Source of the DNA: Macrostomum lignano
Taxonomy: Eukaryota
Assembly (NCBI GenBank): GCA_002269645.1
Contig: NIVC01004894.1
Span: forward strand, 1-32,099
Direction: 5' to 3'
DNA length: 32,099 nucleotides
A model generated the notes under the pieces. It was not told the origin of the DNA. It saw nothing but the letters and a program-made list of their open reading frames with translations, and did no database searches. This document shows, in pieces, positions 1 through 25,420 of the stretch (the first letter of the stretch is position 1; each line of letters opens with the position of its first letter). The position numbers and the translations under genes are program-made.

Positions 1-5491
<5,491 letters not shown>

Positions 5492-8400
5492 GCTGCTTAA
5501 TTTTCGTCTAGGTTAAATGTTGCTCCTATTGCCACACCAAGTGGTTGCATAAAGTGGATATTTGTGAAATAATTTTTTTGTCTTTTTAATATTTTATTAC
5601 CAATTTTAAAGTTTAAAAAATATCATGGGCTGCTGAAAAAAAGGTTTATTAATGATCCAAATGATAATACAAACATGAAGAGTAAACAATGAATTTAGAT
5701 TTTCAGCTATTTAAACACAGTATCTTATTTTTTATTTCGAAGAAAATCAGTTGAGTCGTTTTTTTCTGAAACTGATCACATAGATAGATGGATAAATACC
5801 TACTGACAAAACATTTTTAGTATATGGATTTAGTATATAGGATATCAGATATTAACTACAGTATCTTATCTTTTCTTAAAAACGTTTTTTCATAGAAAAT
5901 TCATGTATTCAATGTCAAAATGCATTCAGTTCAGTTAATTCATGAATAATGATTTAAGAATCATGAAATATTGATAAGAAAGAAAACTTTCGCTTAAAAT
6001 TATAGTGGATTTTCTATTTTTAAATGAGCAGATACGCAGAATTGTTTTCAAGATTTTTTAAATGTAAATTGTCCTCAATAACTTAATGCAGCTACAAAAT
6101 AAATGTGTCTGTTCATATTAATAAACTAAACAAAAAGAGTCTAGTTCTCACTGTTTCGTGCGATAAAGTTTCTCCGCGTAACTTACACAAAAATAATTAA
6201 TCTGAATGTGAAAGGTAAAGTAACCATTTCGCTATCACTGCAAGTCTACAACTTATGATGTGTCAAGCTCTCTCTCAAATTAGCATTTAACTTGAGGGTC
6301 TCTAAAATTTATTGGATTGAGCACAACTAGATTGTAAGTAACGTTTAAGCTTAGCCTGGCAAATATTTTATTTCCTATTCATATAATAATTAGTGTCTCT
6401 TCTGGTTTCTTTGAGAGAAAGCTAGAAGTAGAATAACAATTGTGTACTTCAAAATAATTAATTCAGCAATTCAAACGAAGTTCAAAATGAGAGTGTTGCA
6501 CTTACCAACCGATGTAAAGTCTTAAACAATAAGTAAGCTAACACTTTGCAATAATCTGTATATTTTAAGAACTTTTTGCCAATAGTTACTATATATTACG
6601 CGTTTTTGACAAAAAAAGTTTATTTTTTTGTTTTAACTCCTTTATCAAAGCTTACTACGGCTTTTCACGTTCATGATAAATGAACGTCCGTGAATGACAT
6701 TTAGTTTATACTTTTTAGTTAAGTTTTAAAGAAGTCTAACGAAATCTGAAATAGTGATCATTTGCATGCACACGTACATGTACAATACACTGTACTGCAC
6801 AAAATGCTTGTATATTATGTTTGCAAATAAACCCATCGTTTCGCTTTTAATCAACAGATCTGAATTCAAAATTCATCACAAAGTTTACGTTTGTATTTTT
6901 TCTGCTTAATTTAGACCTCTAAATAAACATTGTCTAAATATACATACTTGTATCCCTTTTTATTTCTGATTTGCTGCATATACCCAGTAAATTAGTGCAG
7001 CTTAACTTCTGAGGAAAATACGTACATGTACATGTACATATGTATGTAACTTATATAAATGTTTGCAACTGTATGAACTGGATTGAATTTGTCCCATGCT
7101 CGCTTTTTAATGTATCGCATACAAATAAGCTCGTATTATTTAGTCCTGCTTTGCTGTTGAGGTTGACAATTCATGCAGATAGGATATCGAATAAAGATGC
7201 CATCAATACATTTAGCGCTGCAGCAAGGAGTGCCCTATAGCTAGCCAAAGTACCCGTGCATGCCAGCAAAATAAAATCTGGCTGGATCCGAGAATAGCGC
7301 TAGTCGCATGGAGTCTCTAATTATTATCAATCCTTGACTTTGATGGAGAGTATACAGTAATGCATGATTCTATACCTTACTCTTAAGCCATGCATGTGCA
7401 ATTATCTCATGAATTATCCCTGAACATATACAGCTTGGACACAGAGAGGAGACATGGTTCGATACAGAAATAGAAGCAGAAAGTGCTGCTAGACTGAGCG
7501 AGTCGGGGGATGCTGAAGCTGAAGATGAAGAGGCGAGCTGGACTTGCGCCTGTGGCTTGGGGATCGGGGACAAGTATTCTGCGTTAGGCGAAGAAATTAT
7601 TAATGCATGAGCGGCGAAGAAAGGCAATTCGAAGGATTAGTCCGCTCTCGGCAAGATATAGTTATATATGGGATATTTCTCTTTCTTAGAAATAGCAGCT
7701 TTTATCAAAAAAATATGTTAACTAGAGTTAAGTGAAAATTAAAACTGACTTCGTTCAATTTTATCACTGTCCAAGATTGCATGCGAGCTATTGGAAGTCT
7801 GTGTGTAAGGCCCCCATCTCGATTGATTGATTGATAGTTCATAATGTAGTAGTGATTAATACTACATACATTACTAATGTGTAAAGCGTGAGGTCGAACT
7901 TCGAGCAAAAAACTTTGGGTAATTCGAGTGCCTTTGATGAGGCGGCAGGGTCGGAAGACGGAAGACATTGCCGGGGGTTCAAGAGGGGAGAGTGCAGCGG
8001 GGAAGAGAGGGGGCAAAAGAACCGACCAAAAAGGATTGAGACGATAAGCAGTGGAAATCTTTCCTTGAAAAAATGCCCCACTTGCCCGCGTCCACTCTCT
8101 TCTCGCCCAAGTCTCGGCCCTCTCTCAGCTCAGCGACAGAGGCGCCAACATGTACGCAGCCAAATTTGAGGCGCGATGGCCTCCACCGATGGGACTGAAA
8201 TGAAAAGGAAAGAAAAAGTGCGCTGAGAGGAAGGAAGGAACGCGTATCGACCATGATGGAGAGGGGGGGGGGAGTCTGAACTCAACTCCCGCCTGTTCAA
8301 GCTCTCCCGGGGATTTTTCTGCACCCCCTCTCTCGCCCTCCCTGAAAAAGTGCTCTGCTGAGCAGAGGATGGAGGAGAGGAGATGCTGGAGGATGAGATT

Positions 8401-8647
8401 ATGAGCACGCTTCTTCTTATATTCTGACCCAGCCCAGCCCGGCTCACCCTACCCACCCCTCCGGGCCCGCTCACCTGCCGCAGATCAGCTCTTTCCATCC
8501 CTTCCCCATCAGCCTCTCTTCTCTTCTCTTTGCCCTCTCCCCTCAGTAAATTGCCACCCCAGCAAAGTTTCTCCTCCGATTCAGACAGCTAATTCAGCAG
8601 TTTCAACCACAACCGAAAGCATCCGGAACGCTTCAAGAGTTGAAGAC

Positions 8648-18249
<9,602 letters not shown>

Positions 18250-18615
18250 ACTCAAACTCACGAATCCTTAGAGTCGAAAATGAATACTTCGGGAAAAAGT
18301 AAACTGGCCCCAATGTCTCCGGATTTTGTGAAGTATTTTTTTCTCTCGAACAATGAATTGGGTTGGGGTTGAAATAGACGCTGAAATTATCTTTTATTCG
18401 AATCGATAGCGAAAAGCTAAGTAGATTTATCCCAGTTTAGTATCGAATATTTTCGACTGCATGCAATTTTTTGAACTGAAAAAATGTACTGCGCTAGTTG
18501 ACTGGCAAATATTTTACACTAATAATTTTTTGCGTTGTTACAAGCGTATGTTTGTTAGCAGATCAGCTCTTGTTTTGTCTATTTTCCAATGATAGAAATT
18601 CGTTTTTGTGATCAA

Positions 18616-20135
18616 ACACAACAGCTCTATAGTGACACAACAGCTCTATAGTGACACAACAGTTCTATAGTGACACAACAGTTCTATAGTGACACAACAG
18701 CTCTATAGTGACACAACAGTTCTATAGTGACACAACAGCTCTATAGTGACACAACAGTTCTATAGTGACACAACAGTTCTATAGTGACACAACAGCTCTA
18801 TAGTGACACAACAGTTCTATAGTGACACAACAGTTCTATAGTGACACAACAGTTCTATAGTGACACAACAGTTCTATAGTGACACAACAGTTCTATAGTG
18901 ACACAACAGTTCTATAGTGACACAACAGTTCTATAGTGACACAACAGTTCTATAGTGACACAGCAGTTCTATAGTGACACAACAGTTCTATAGTGACACA
19001 ACAGTTCTATAGTGACACAACAGTTCTATAGTGACACAACAGTTCTATAGTGACACAACAGTTCTATAGTGACACAACAGTTCTATAGTGACACAACAGT
19101 TCTATAGTGACACAACAGTTCTATAGTGACACAACAGTTCTATAGTGACACAACAGTTCTATAGTGACACAACAGTTCTATAGTGACACAGCAGTTCTAT
19201 AGTGACACAACAGTTCTATAGTGACACAACAGTTCTATAGTGACACAACAGTTCTATAGTGACACAACAGTTCTATAGTGACACAACAGTTCTATAGTGA
19301 CACAACAGTTCTATAGTGACACAGCAGTTCTATAGTGACACAACAGTTCTATAGTGACACAACAGCTCTATAATGACAACAGTTCTATAGTGACACAACA
19401 GTTCTGTAGTGACACAACAGTTCTATAGTAACACAACAGTTCTATAGTGACACAACAGTTCTATAGTGACACAACAGTTCTATAGTGACACAACAGTTCT
19501 GTAGTGACACAACAGCTCTATAGTGACACAACAGTTCTATAGTGACACAACAGTTCTATAGTGACACAACAGCTCTATAGTGACACAACAGCTCTATAGT
19601 GACACAACAGCTCTATAGTGACACAACAGTTCTATAGTGACACAACAGTTCTATAGTGACACAACAGTTCTATAGTGACACAACAGTTCTATAGTGACAC
19701 AACAGTTCTATAGTGACACAACAGTTCTATAGTGACACAACAGTTCTATAGTGACACAACAGTTCTGTAGTGACACAACAGCTCTATAGTGACACAACAG
19801 TTCTATAGTGACACAACAGTTCTATAGTGACACAACAGCTCTATAGTGACACAACAGTTCTATAGTGACACAACAGTTCTGTAGTGACACAACAGCTCTA
19901 TAGTGACACAACAGTTCTATAGTGACACAACAGTTCTATAGTGACACAACAGTTCTATAGTGACACAACAGTTCTGTAGTGACACAACAGTTCTATAGTG
20001 ACACAACAGTTCTATAGTGACACAACAGTTCTATAGTGACACAACAGTTCTATAGTGACACAACAGTTCTATAGTGACACAACAGTTCTATAGTGACGCA
20101 AAACTTCTTGTGACACAACAGTTTAGTGACACATT
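18616..20135 (+). repeat. 19-bp minisatellite (acacaacagttctatagtg)n
   Basis: Unit starts at 18616, 18635, and so on; ~1.5 kb, highly homogeneous, no spacers. Confidence 0.98.
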
Positions 20136-20895
20136 TTTGTGACGCAGATCCAGTGGCTAGAAAATTCTGTTGATATTCCAGCTCAAACGATCCCCGAATA
20201 TAATATTTTATAGCAATCCTACTTAATCATAATCATATCTTAATCAGCTATATGAAAACTATTTATTTTAATGTTATTTTCAATCGTAGGTGAAACTGTC
20301 ATGCCCTTAAATCAGTGTCTCTCACCTTTACCCGTCACCTACTTAGCTAATTTCACCATCGCCAATCGACTCGTTTTGCACCCCAGAATATGCATAATAT
20401 TAGAAAGTATTTTAGTCATACACCTGAGCATTCTCTGTTCTAGAGATTCCGTTTGCTTTAAATGCCATTTTAGATTAGTCCAACTTCCATTAATCCATTA
20501 GATTATCGCTCAGTTAATCCGTTCTTTATAACAAATCATTAATTGCTAGATTTTCCTCAAAGTATCTCTCTCACACATGAACTACTTTGTTCGATTTCAT
20601 TTGATAAGCTTTGTTAATTCTGAGACTAGCAATATCAATTTCTGTTAGTTCACCTTATTTACATCTGGTTTATTTTTCATTTTATTTAAACTGCTAATAT
20701 AAATGAGGCATGCAGTTTATTAAATTTAGCTTTTTGTCTTTTAACCTATTGAAATATTGCTAAAATATACTATTAATTTTAAAACACGTAATACATATTC
20801 AACTTAAATTCAGTCTTATGTTAACAAACCAGCGGTCACGATATAATAATCCTAAAATCTATGTTATAGCAATAGAGTCTATGACTGAAATCATT

Positions 20896-22343
20896 GTGTC
20901 TATCGTAGACTCCGCTTCAGTGTCTATGGGGTAGACTCCGCTTCAGTGTCTATGGGGTAGACTCCGCTTCAGTGTCTATGGGGTAGACTCCGCTTCAGTG
21001 TCTATGGGGTAGACTCCGTTTCAGTGTCGATGGGGTAGACTCCGTTTCAGTGTCTATGGGGTAGACTCCGCTTCAGTGTCTATGGGGTAGACTCCGTTTC
21101 AGTGTCTATGGGGCAGACTCCGCTTCAGTGTCTATGGGGTAGACTCCGCTTCAGTGTCTATGGGGTAGACTCCGCTTCAGTGTCTATGGGGTAGACTCCG
21201 TTTCAGTGTCGATGGTAGATTTCGCTTCAGTGTCTATGGGGTAGACTCCGCTTCAGTGTCTATGGTAGACTCCACTTCAGTTTCTATGGTAAACTCCGCT
21301 TCAGTGTTTATGGTAGATTCCGCTTCAGTGTCTATGGTAGATTTCGCTTCAGTGTCTATGGGGTAGACTCCGCTTCAGTGTCTATGGTAGACTCCACTTC
21401 AGTTTCTATGGTAAACTCCGCTTCAGTGTTTATGGTAGACTCCACTTCAGTGTCTATGGTAGACTCCACTTCAGTTTCTATGGTAAACTCCGCTTCAGTG
21501 TCTATGGGGTAGACTCCGCTTCAGTGTCTATGGGGTAGACTCCGCTTCAGTGTCTATGGGGTAGACTCCGTTTCAGTGTCTATGGGGTAGACTCCGTTTC
21601 AGTGTCGATGGGGTAGACTCCGTTTCAGTGTCTATGGGGTAGACTCCGCTTCAGTGTCTATGGGGTAGACTCCGTTTCAGTGTCTATGGGGTAGACTCCG
21701 TTTCAGTGTCTATGGGGCAGACTCCGCTTCAGTGTCGATGGGGTAGACTCCGTTTCAGTGTCGATGGTAGATTTCGCTTCAGTGTCTATGGGGTAGACTC
21801 CGTTTCAGTGTCTATGGGGTAGACTCCGCTTCAGTGTCTATGGGGCAGACTCCGCTTCAGTGTCTATGGGGTAGACTCCGCTTCAGTGTCTATGGGGTAG
21901 ACTCCGCTTCAGTGTCTATGGGGTAGACTCCGTTTCAGTGTCTATAGGGTGGACTCCGTTTCAGTGTCGATGGTAGATTTCGCTTCAGTGTCAATGGGGT
22001 AGACTCCGCTTCAGTGTCTATGGGGTAGACTCCGTTTCAGTGTCTATGGGGTAGACTCCGCTTCAGTGTCTATGGGGTAGACTCCGCTTCAGTGTCTATG
22101 GGGCAGACTCCGCTTCAGTGTCTATGGGGTAGACTCCGCTTCAGTGTCTATGGGGTAGACTCCGCTTCAGTGTCTATGGGGTAGACTCCGTTTCAGTGTC
22201 GATGGTAGATTTCGCTTCAGTGTCTATGGGGTAGACTCCGCTTCAGTGTCTATGGGGTAGACTCCGCTTCAGTGTCTATGGGGTAGACTCCGCTTCAGTG
22301 TCTATGGGGTAGACTCCGCTTCAGTGTCTATGGGGTAGACTCC
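20896..22343 (+). repeat. 26-bp minisatellite (gtagactccgcttcagtgtctatggg)n with some shorter variants, truncated by the Maverick terminus
   Basis: Unit starts at 20905, 20931, and so on; the last unit stops at gtagactcc immediately before AGTAGTAG at 22344. Confidence 0.97.
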
Positions 22344-22800
22344 AGTAGTAGGGCGAATTATGATACTGCCGCACTAGCACTGGCGAGATAGGCGGCAATG
22401 CAAATGTATAGGGAAAAATACACTGCGGAGATATGAGCCCTATCTCTGTGCATTGGGGACGGCTAAGCACTGCAGAGATATGAGCTCTATCTCTGTGCAT
22501 TGGGGACGGCTAAGCACTGCAGAGATATGAGCTCTATCTCTGTGCATTGGGGACGGCTAAGCACTGCAGAGATATGAGCTCTATCTCTGTGCATTGGGGA
22601 CGGCTAAGCACTGCAGAGATATGAGCTCTATCTCTGTGCATTGGGGACGGCTAAGCACTGCGGAGATAGAGGCGATTCATGATACTGCCGCACTAGCGCT
22701 GGCGAGATAGGCGGCAAAAAGGATATAGGAAAAATACACTGCGGAGAGGATCCTATCTCTGTGCATTGGGAACGGCTAAACATTGCAGAGATAAGAGGGG
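22344..22800 (+). repeat. Putative left terminal inverted repeat with internal repeats: five 47-bp tandem units and a ~120-bp direct duplication
   Basis: 47-bp unit (tatctctgtg at 22441, 22488, 22535, 22582, 22629). Segment from 22352 (ggcgaattatgatactgccgcactagcactggcgagataggcggca…) recurs from 22671. The partner TIR cannot be seen. Confidence 0.7.
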
Positions 22801-23009
22801 TGGCCAATCTCTGTGCTCTGTGTTAGGGTAAGGTTATAAAGTTTTACAACTGCACAGAGGACGGCTGGTGTTGCTTACCTGGATAAGGGGACGGGGGGAT
22901 ACACTAATTACAGCCAGTGGCCTCTATAACGGTAAAGTAATTATTACCTGAGCATGGCTGGATGTTCATATACGATATGATAAGGAGAGGGCATGCATGT
23001 ACAAATTAC

Positions 23010-23068
23010 TATATAAGCAGCCACGCAAGTACAAATAAACAAATAGACAAAAACAAATTGTATAAAAG
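23010..23068 (+). promoter_or_regulatory. Two consensus TATA boxes (TATATAAG 23010-23017, TATAAAAG 23061-23068) upstream of the first element ORF
   Basis: Exact consensus matches 50-110 nt upstream of ATG 23119. The region is AT-rich, so chance occurrence is possible. Confidence 0.45.
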
Positions 23069-23118
23069 GATTTTTAAAAACCTTACTACTTCTAAAAAAC
23101 AACTCTTTCTCTTTCAAA

Positions 23119-24537
23119 ATGAAAACTTTTAAAAGTTGTCATAGAGACCTCTATGAGGTCTGTATAAGCTGCGAAGTGTGCCTGCTTGGAGGCGTGTCCC
23201 CAAGACACCACGAGAATGAGAACTGTCTGGTCTCATGCTGGTTGGCATGCGACCAGTGCGGCACCGTCGAAGCTCTGCAGGAGGGAAAAATTCCAGCATA
23301 TCATCGAGGACACAAGATCGTCAGCGATGACAAGAAAAAGCAAGAAAGTAACCGCTGGAAAGTAATCCGCGCCATCAAAAAGAGCAACGAGAGAGAAAAG
23401 AAGAGCCAGCAGAAAAAGGGAGCCAGCAGGAGTCTGCTATCAGCTCACTTGAGTCAAGTAATTGACTCTACATTGAAGAGGATGAGGCCAAGCGGGTCTT
23501 CAGCAGCTGCAGAATTTGAAGTTGAGCTGTCTGCTGGAGTCGAGGCTGCTGGAGTCGAGGCTGCTGGAGTCGAGGCCGCTGGAGTCGAGGCTGCTGGAGT
23601 CGAGGCTGCTGGAGTCGAGGCTGCTGGAGTCGAGGCCGCTGGAGTCGAGGCTGCTGGAGTCGAGGCTGCTGGAGTCGAGGCTGCTGCTGTCATAAACTTC
23701 ATAGAGGAAGATGTCCTGGATCAGTTCCTCAGGGAATTCAACGCTGGTCAGCAGCAGCAGCAGCAGCAACCTGTCTCTTCGGTTCCGGTGATTGCTGGAA
23801 AACAACTTCATCTAATTGAAGACGACCACGAAATGGAAATCCTAGAAGAGGAGGGCAGCGACAATGAGTCGCATAATGCAATTGTGCCACCTGCAGCTCC
23901 AGCCGCCCCAGCTGCTCTGGCCGCCCCAGCTGCTCTGGCCGCCCCAGCTGCTCTGGCCGCCCCAGCTGCTCTGGCCGCCCCAGCTGCTCTGGCCGCCCCA
24001 GCTGCTCCAGCCGCCCCAGCTGCTCTGGCCGCCCCAGCTGCTCCAGCCGCCCCAGCTGCTCTGGCCGCCCCAGCTGCTCTGGCCGCCCCAGCTGCTCTGT
24101 CCGCCCCAGCTGCTCTGTCCGCCCCAGCTGCTCTGGCCGCCCCAGCTGCTCTGGCCGCCCCAGCTGCTCTGGCCGCCCCAGCTGCTCCAGCCGCCCCAGC
24201 TGCTCTGGCCGCCCCAGCTGCTCTGGCCGCCCCAGCTGCTCTGGCCGCCCCAGCTGCTCTGGCCGCCCCAGCTGCTCTGGCTGCCCCAGCTGCTCCAGCC
24301 GCCCCAGCTGCTCTGGCCGCCCCAGCTGCTCCAGCCGCCCCAGCTGCTCTGGCCGCCCCAGCTGCTCTGGCTGCCCCAGCTGCTCCAGCCGCCCCAGCTG
24401 CAGCCTCTACAATTCCAGCTTCTCAATCCGAAACTCCACCCGTGCCAGCTGGAGTTGCCTTCTTTCTGCCTCCTGTCGGCGGGGCTGGGTACGAGGTAAC
24501 GATTTTCGAAAATCGTATTAGAATTGTGCCGCTGTGA
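23119..24537 (+). CDS. Maverick left-end hypothetical protein (472 aa): Cys/His-rich N-terminus, Lys-rich segment, (AAGVE)n and (APAALA)n repeats
   Basis: ATG to TGA intact; GC-rich ORF in AT-rich flanks; non-repetitive N- and C-termini; 15-bp and 18-bp repeats preserve frame. No recognisable homolog. Confidence 0.7.
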   Translation: MKTFKSCHRDLYEVCISCEVCLLGGVSPRHHENENCLVSCWLACDQCGTVEALQEGKIPAYHRGHKIVSDDKKKQESNRWKVIRAIKKSNEREKKSQQKKGASRSLLSAHLSQVIDSTLKRMRPSGSSAAAEFEVELSAGVEAAGVEAAGVEAAGVEAAGVEAAGVEAAGVEAAGVEAAGVEAAGVEAAAVINFIEEDVLDQFLREFNAGQQQQQQQPVSSVPVIAGKQLHLIEDDHEMEILEEEGSDNESHNAIVPPAAPAAPAALAAPAALAAPAALAAPAALAAPAALAAPAAPAAPAALAAPAAPAAPAALAAPAALAAPAALSAPAALSAPAALAAPAALAAPAALAAPAAPAAPAALAAPAALAAPAALAAPAALAAPAALAAPAAPAAPAALAAPAAPAAPAALAAPAALAAPAAPAAPAAASTIPASQSETPPVPAGVAFFLPPVGGAGYEVTIFENRIRIVPL

Positions 24538-25420
24538 CTAAGCAATTTTTGTACTTTTTTGCTTTCTGTGTGGAGTGAGAAATCTACCCATTTATTGCAA
24601 TTATTGCTAAAACTTTATTTCAACTAGCTTTTTAAAGTTGAAAGTAGGTACATTAATTAATGATTTGATCATCTCATAACTCTGTATTCGCTTCTAGGAA
24701 TCTTGCTTATAAGTTTTCAGTTTTCATTTCCAAATTAGTTTTAAAAAAAGCTCGTAGCTCGTAGTGGCAACCAATATTTTTTTGGTATCCGAGGTAAAAA
24801 AAAATTATTTGAAAAGTAGGTGAAACATTATACAGTTGAATTTAACAATTAAAATCAACATAACATACTTTCAATAAATTGGTGATGGTTTCGTATGCTT
24901 GGTGCGATTGATTAGGTATAATTTTCTTTCTACTGCTTTGATGCGGTGTTTCCTCATTCTTTAATTATTGAACTTTTCAGCTATATTTCTGCTTCTAAAC
25001 TCTCGTCTGTATTTGTAATTCATTGTTCCATGCATTGTTTATTGACTATGATTGCACCATGTGAATTCGATATTTTTTTAAAAAATATATATATAATGTC
25101 AGCATTTTTCCACTCGGTGATTGGTTTGTTAATTAACTATTGGCTTCATTTTGCATTTTTTACCGATTGAGTCTGCGTAGGAGGCAAATAGAAACGAACT
25201 TTTACGAATAGGGATCAATAGAATATGCATGCAGAGAGCTAGCTTAAGGGAGAACCAAAAAAATATAACCAGCATCTACTAGCTTGTAAGTGTGGATATT
25301 GTACCAGTATTGCAGCAATAAAGACTTACGAAAAAAGATTTCAAATATTCACTCCCAGTTGCTTATGACACTCAGTTGCAGCCAGTAAACACTGTCAGCT
25401 TTTAACTGCTTGCCTTTTCT

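Noticed and set aside
7383-7398. TTAAGCCATGCATGT matches the 5' region of 18S rRNA
   Set aside because: Only ~15 nt match and the flanks do not continue the rRNA sequence.
7420-7590. Coding-like acidic stretch ending …EEASWTCACGLG on the plus strand
   Set aside because: Short, no start codon or clear splice context, no recognisable family; at most a decayed fragment.
18616-20135. Minus strand of the 19-mer (GTGTCACTATAGAA) resembles the SP6/T7 phage promoter core
   Set aside because: Partial match lacking the upstream specificity bases, in a genomic satellite; coincidence is likely.
18616-22343. 19-bp and 26-bp arrays as CRISPR arrays
   Set aside because: Head-to-tail repeats with no unique spacers, no cas genes, eukaryotic context.
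22822-22935. TTAGGG-like word and a partial I-CeuI-like site (TATAACGGT) in the terminal region
   Set aside because: Single short matches, neither tandem nor complete.
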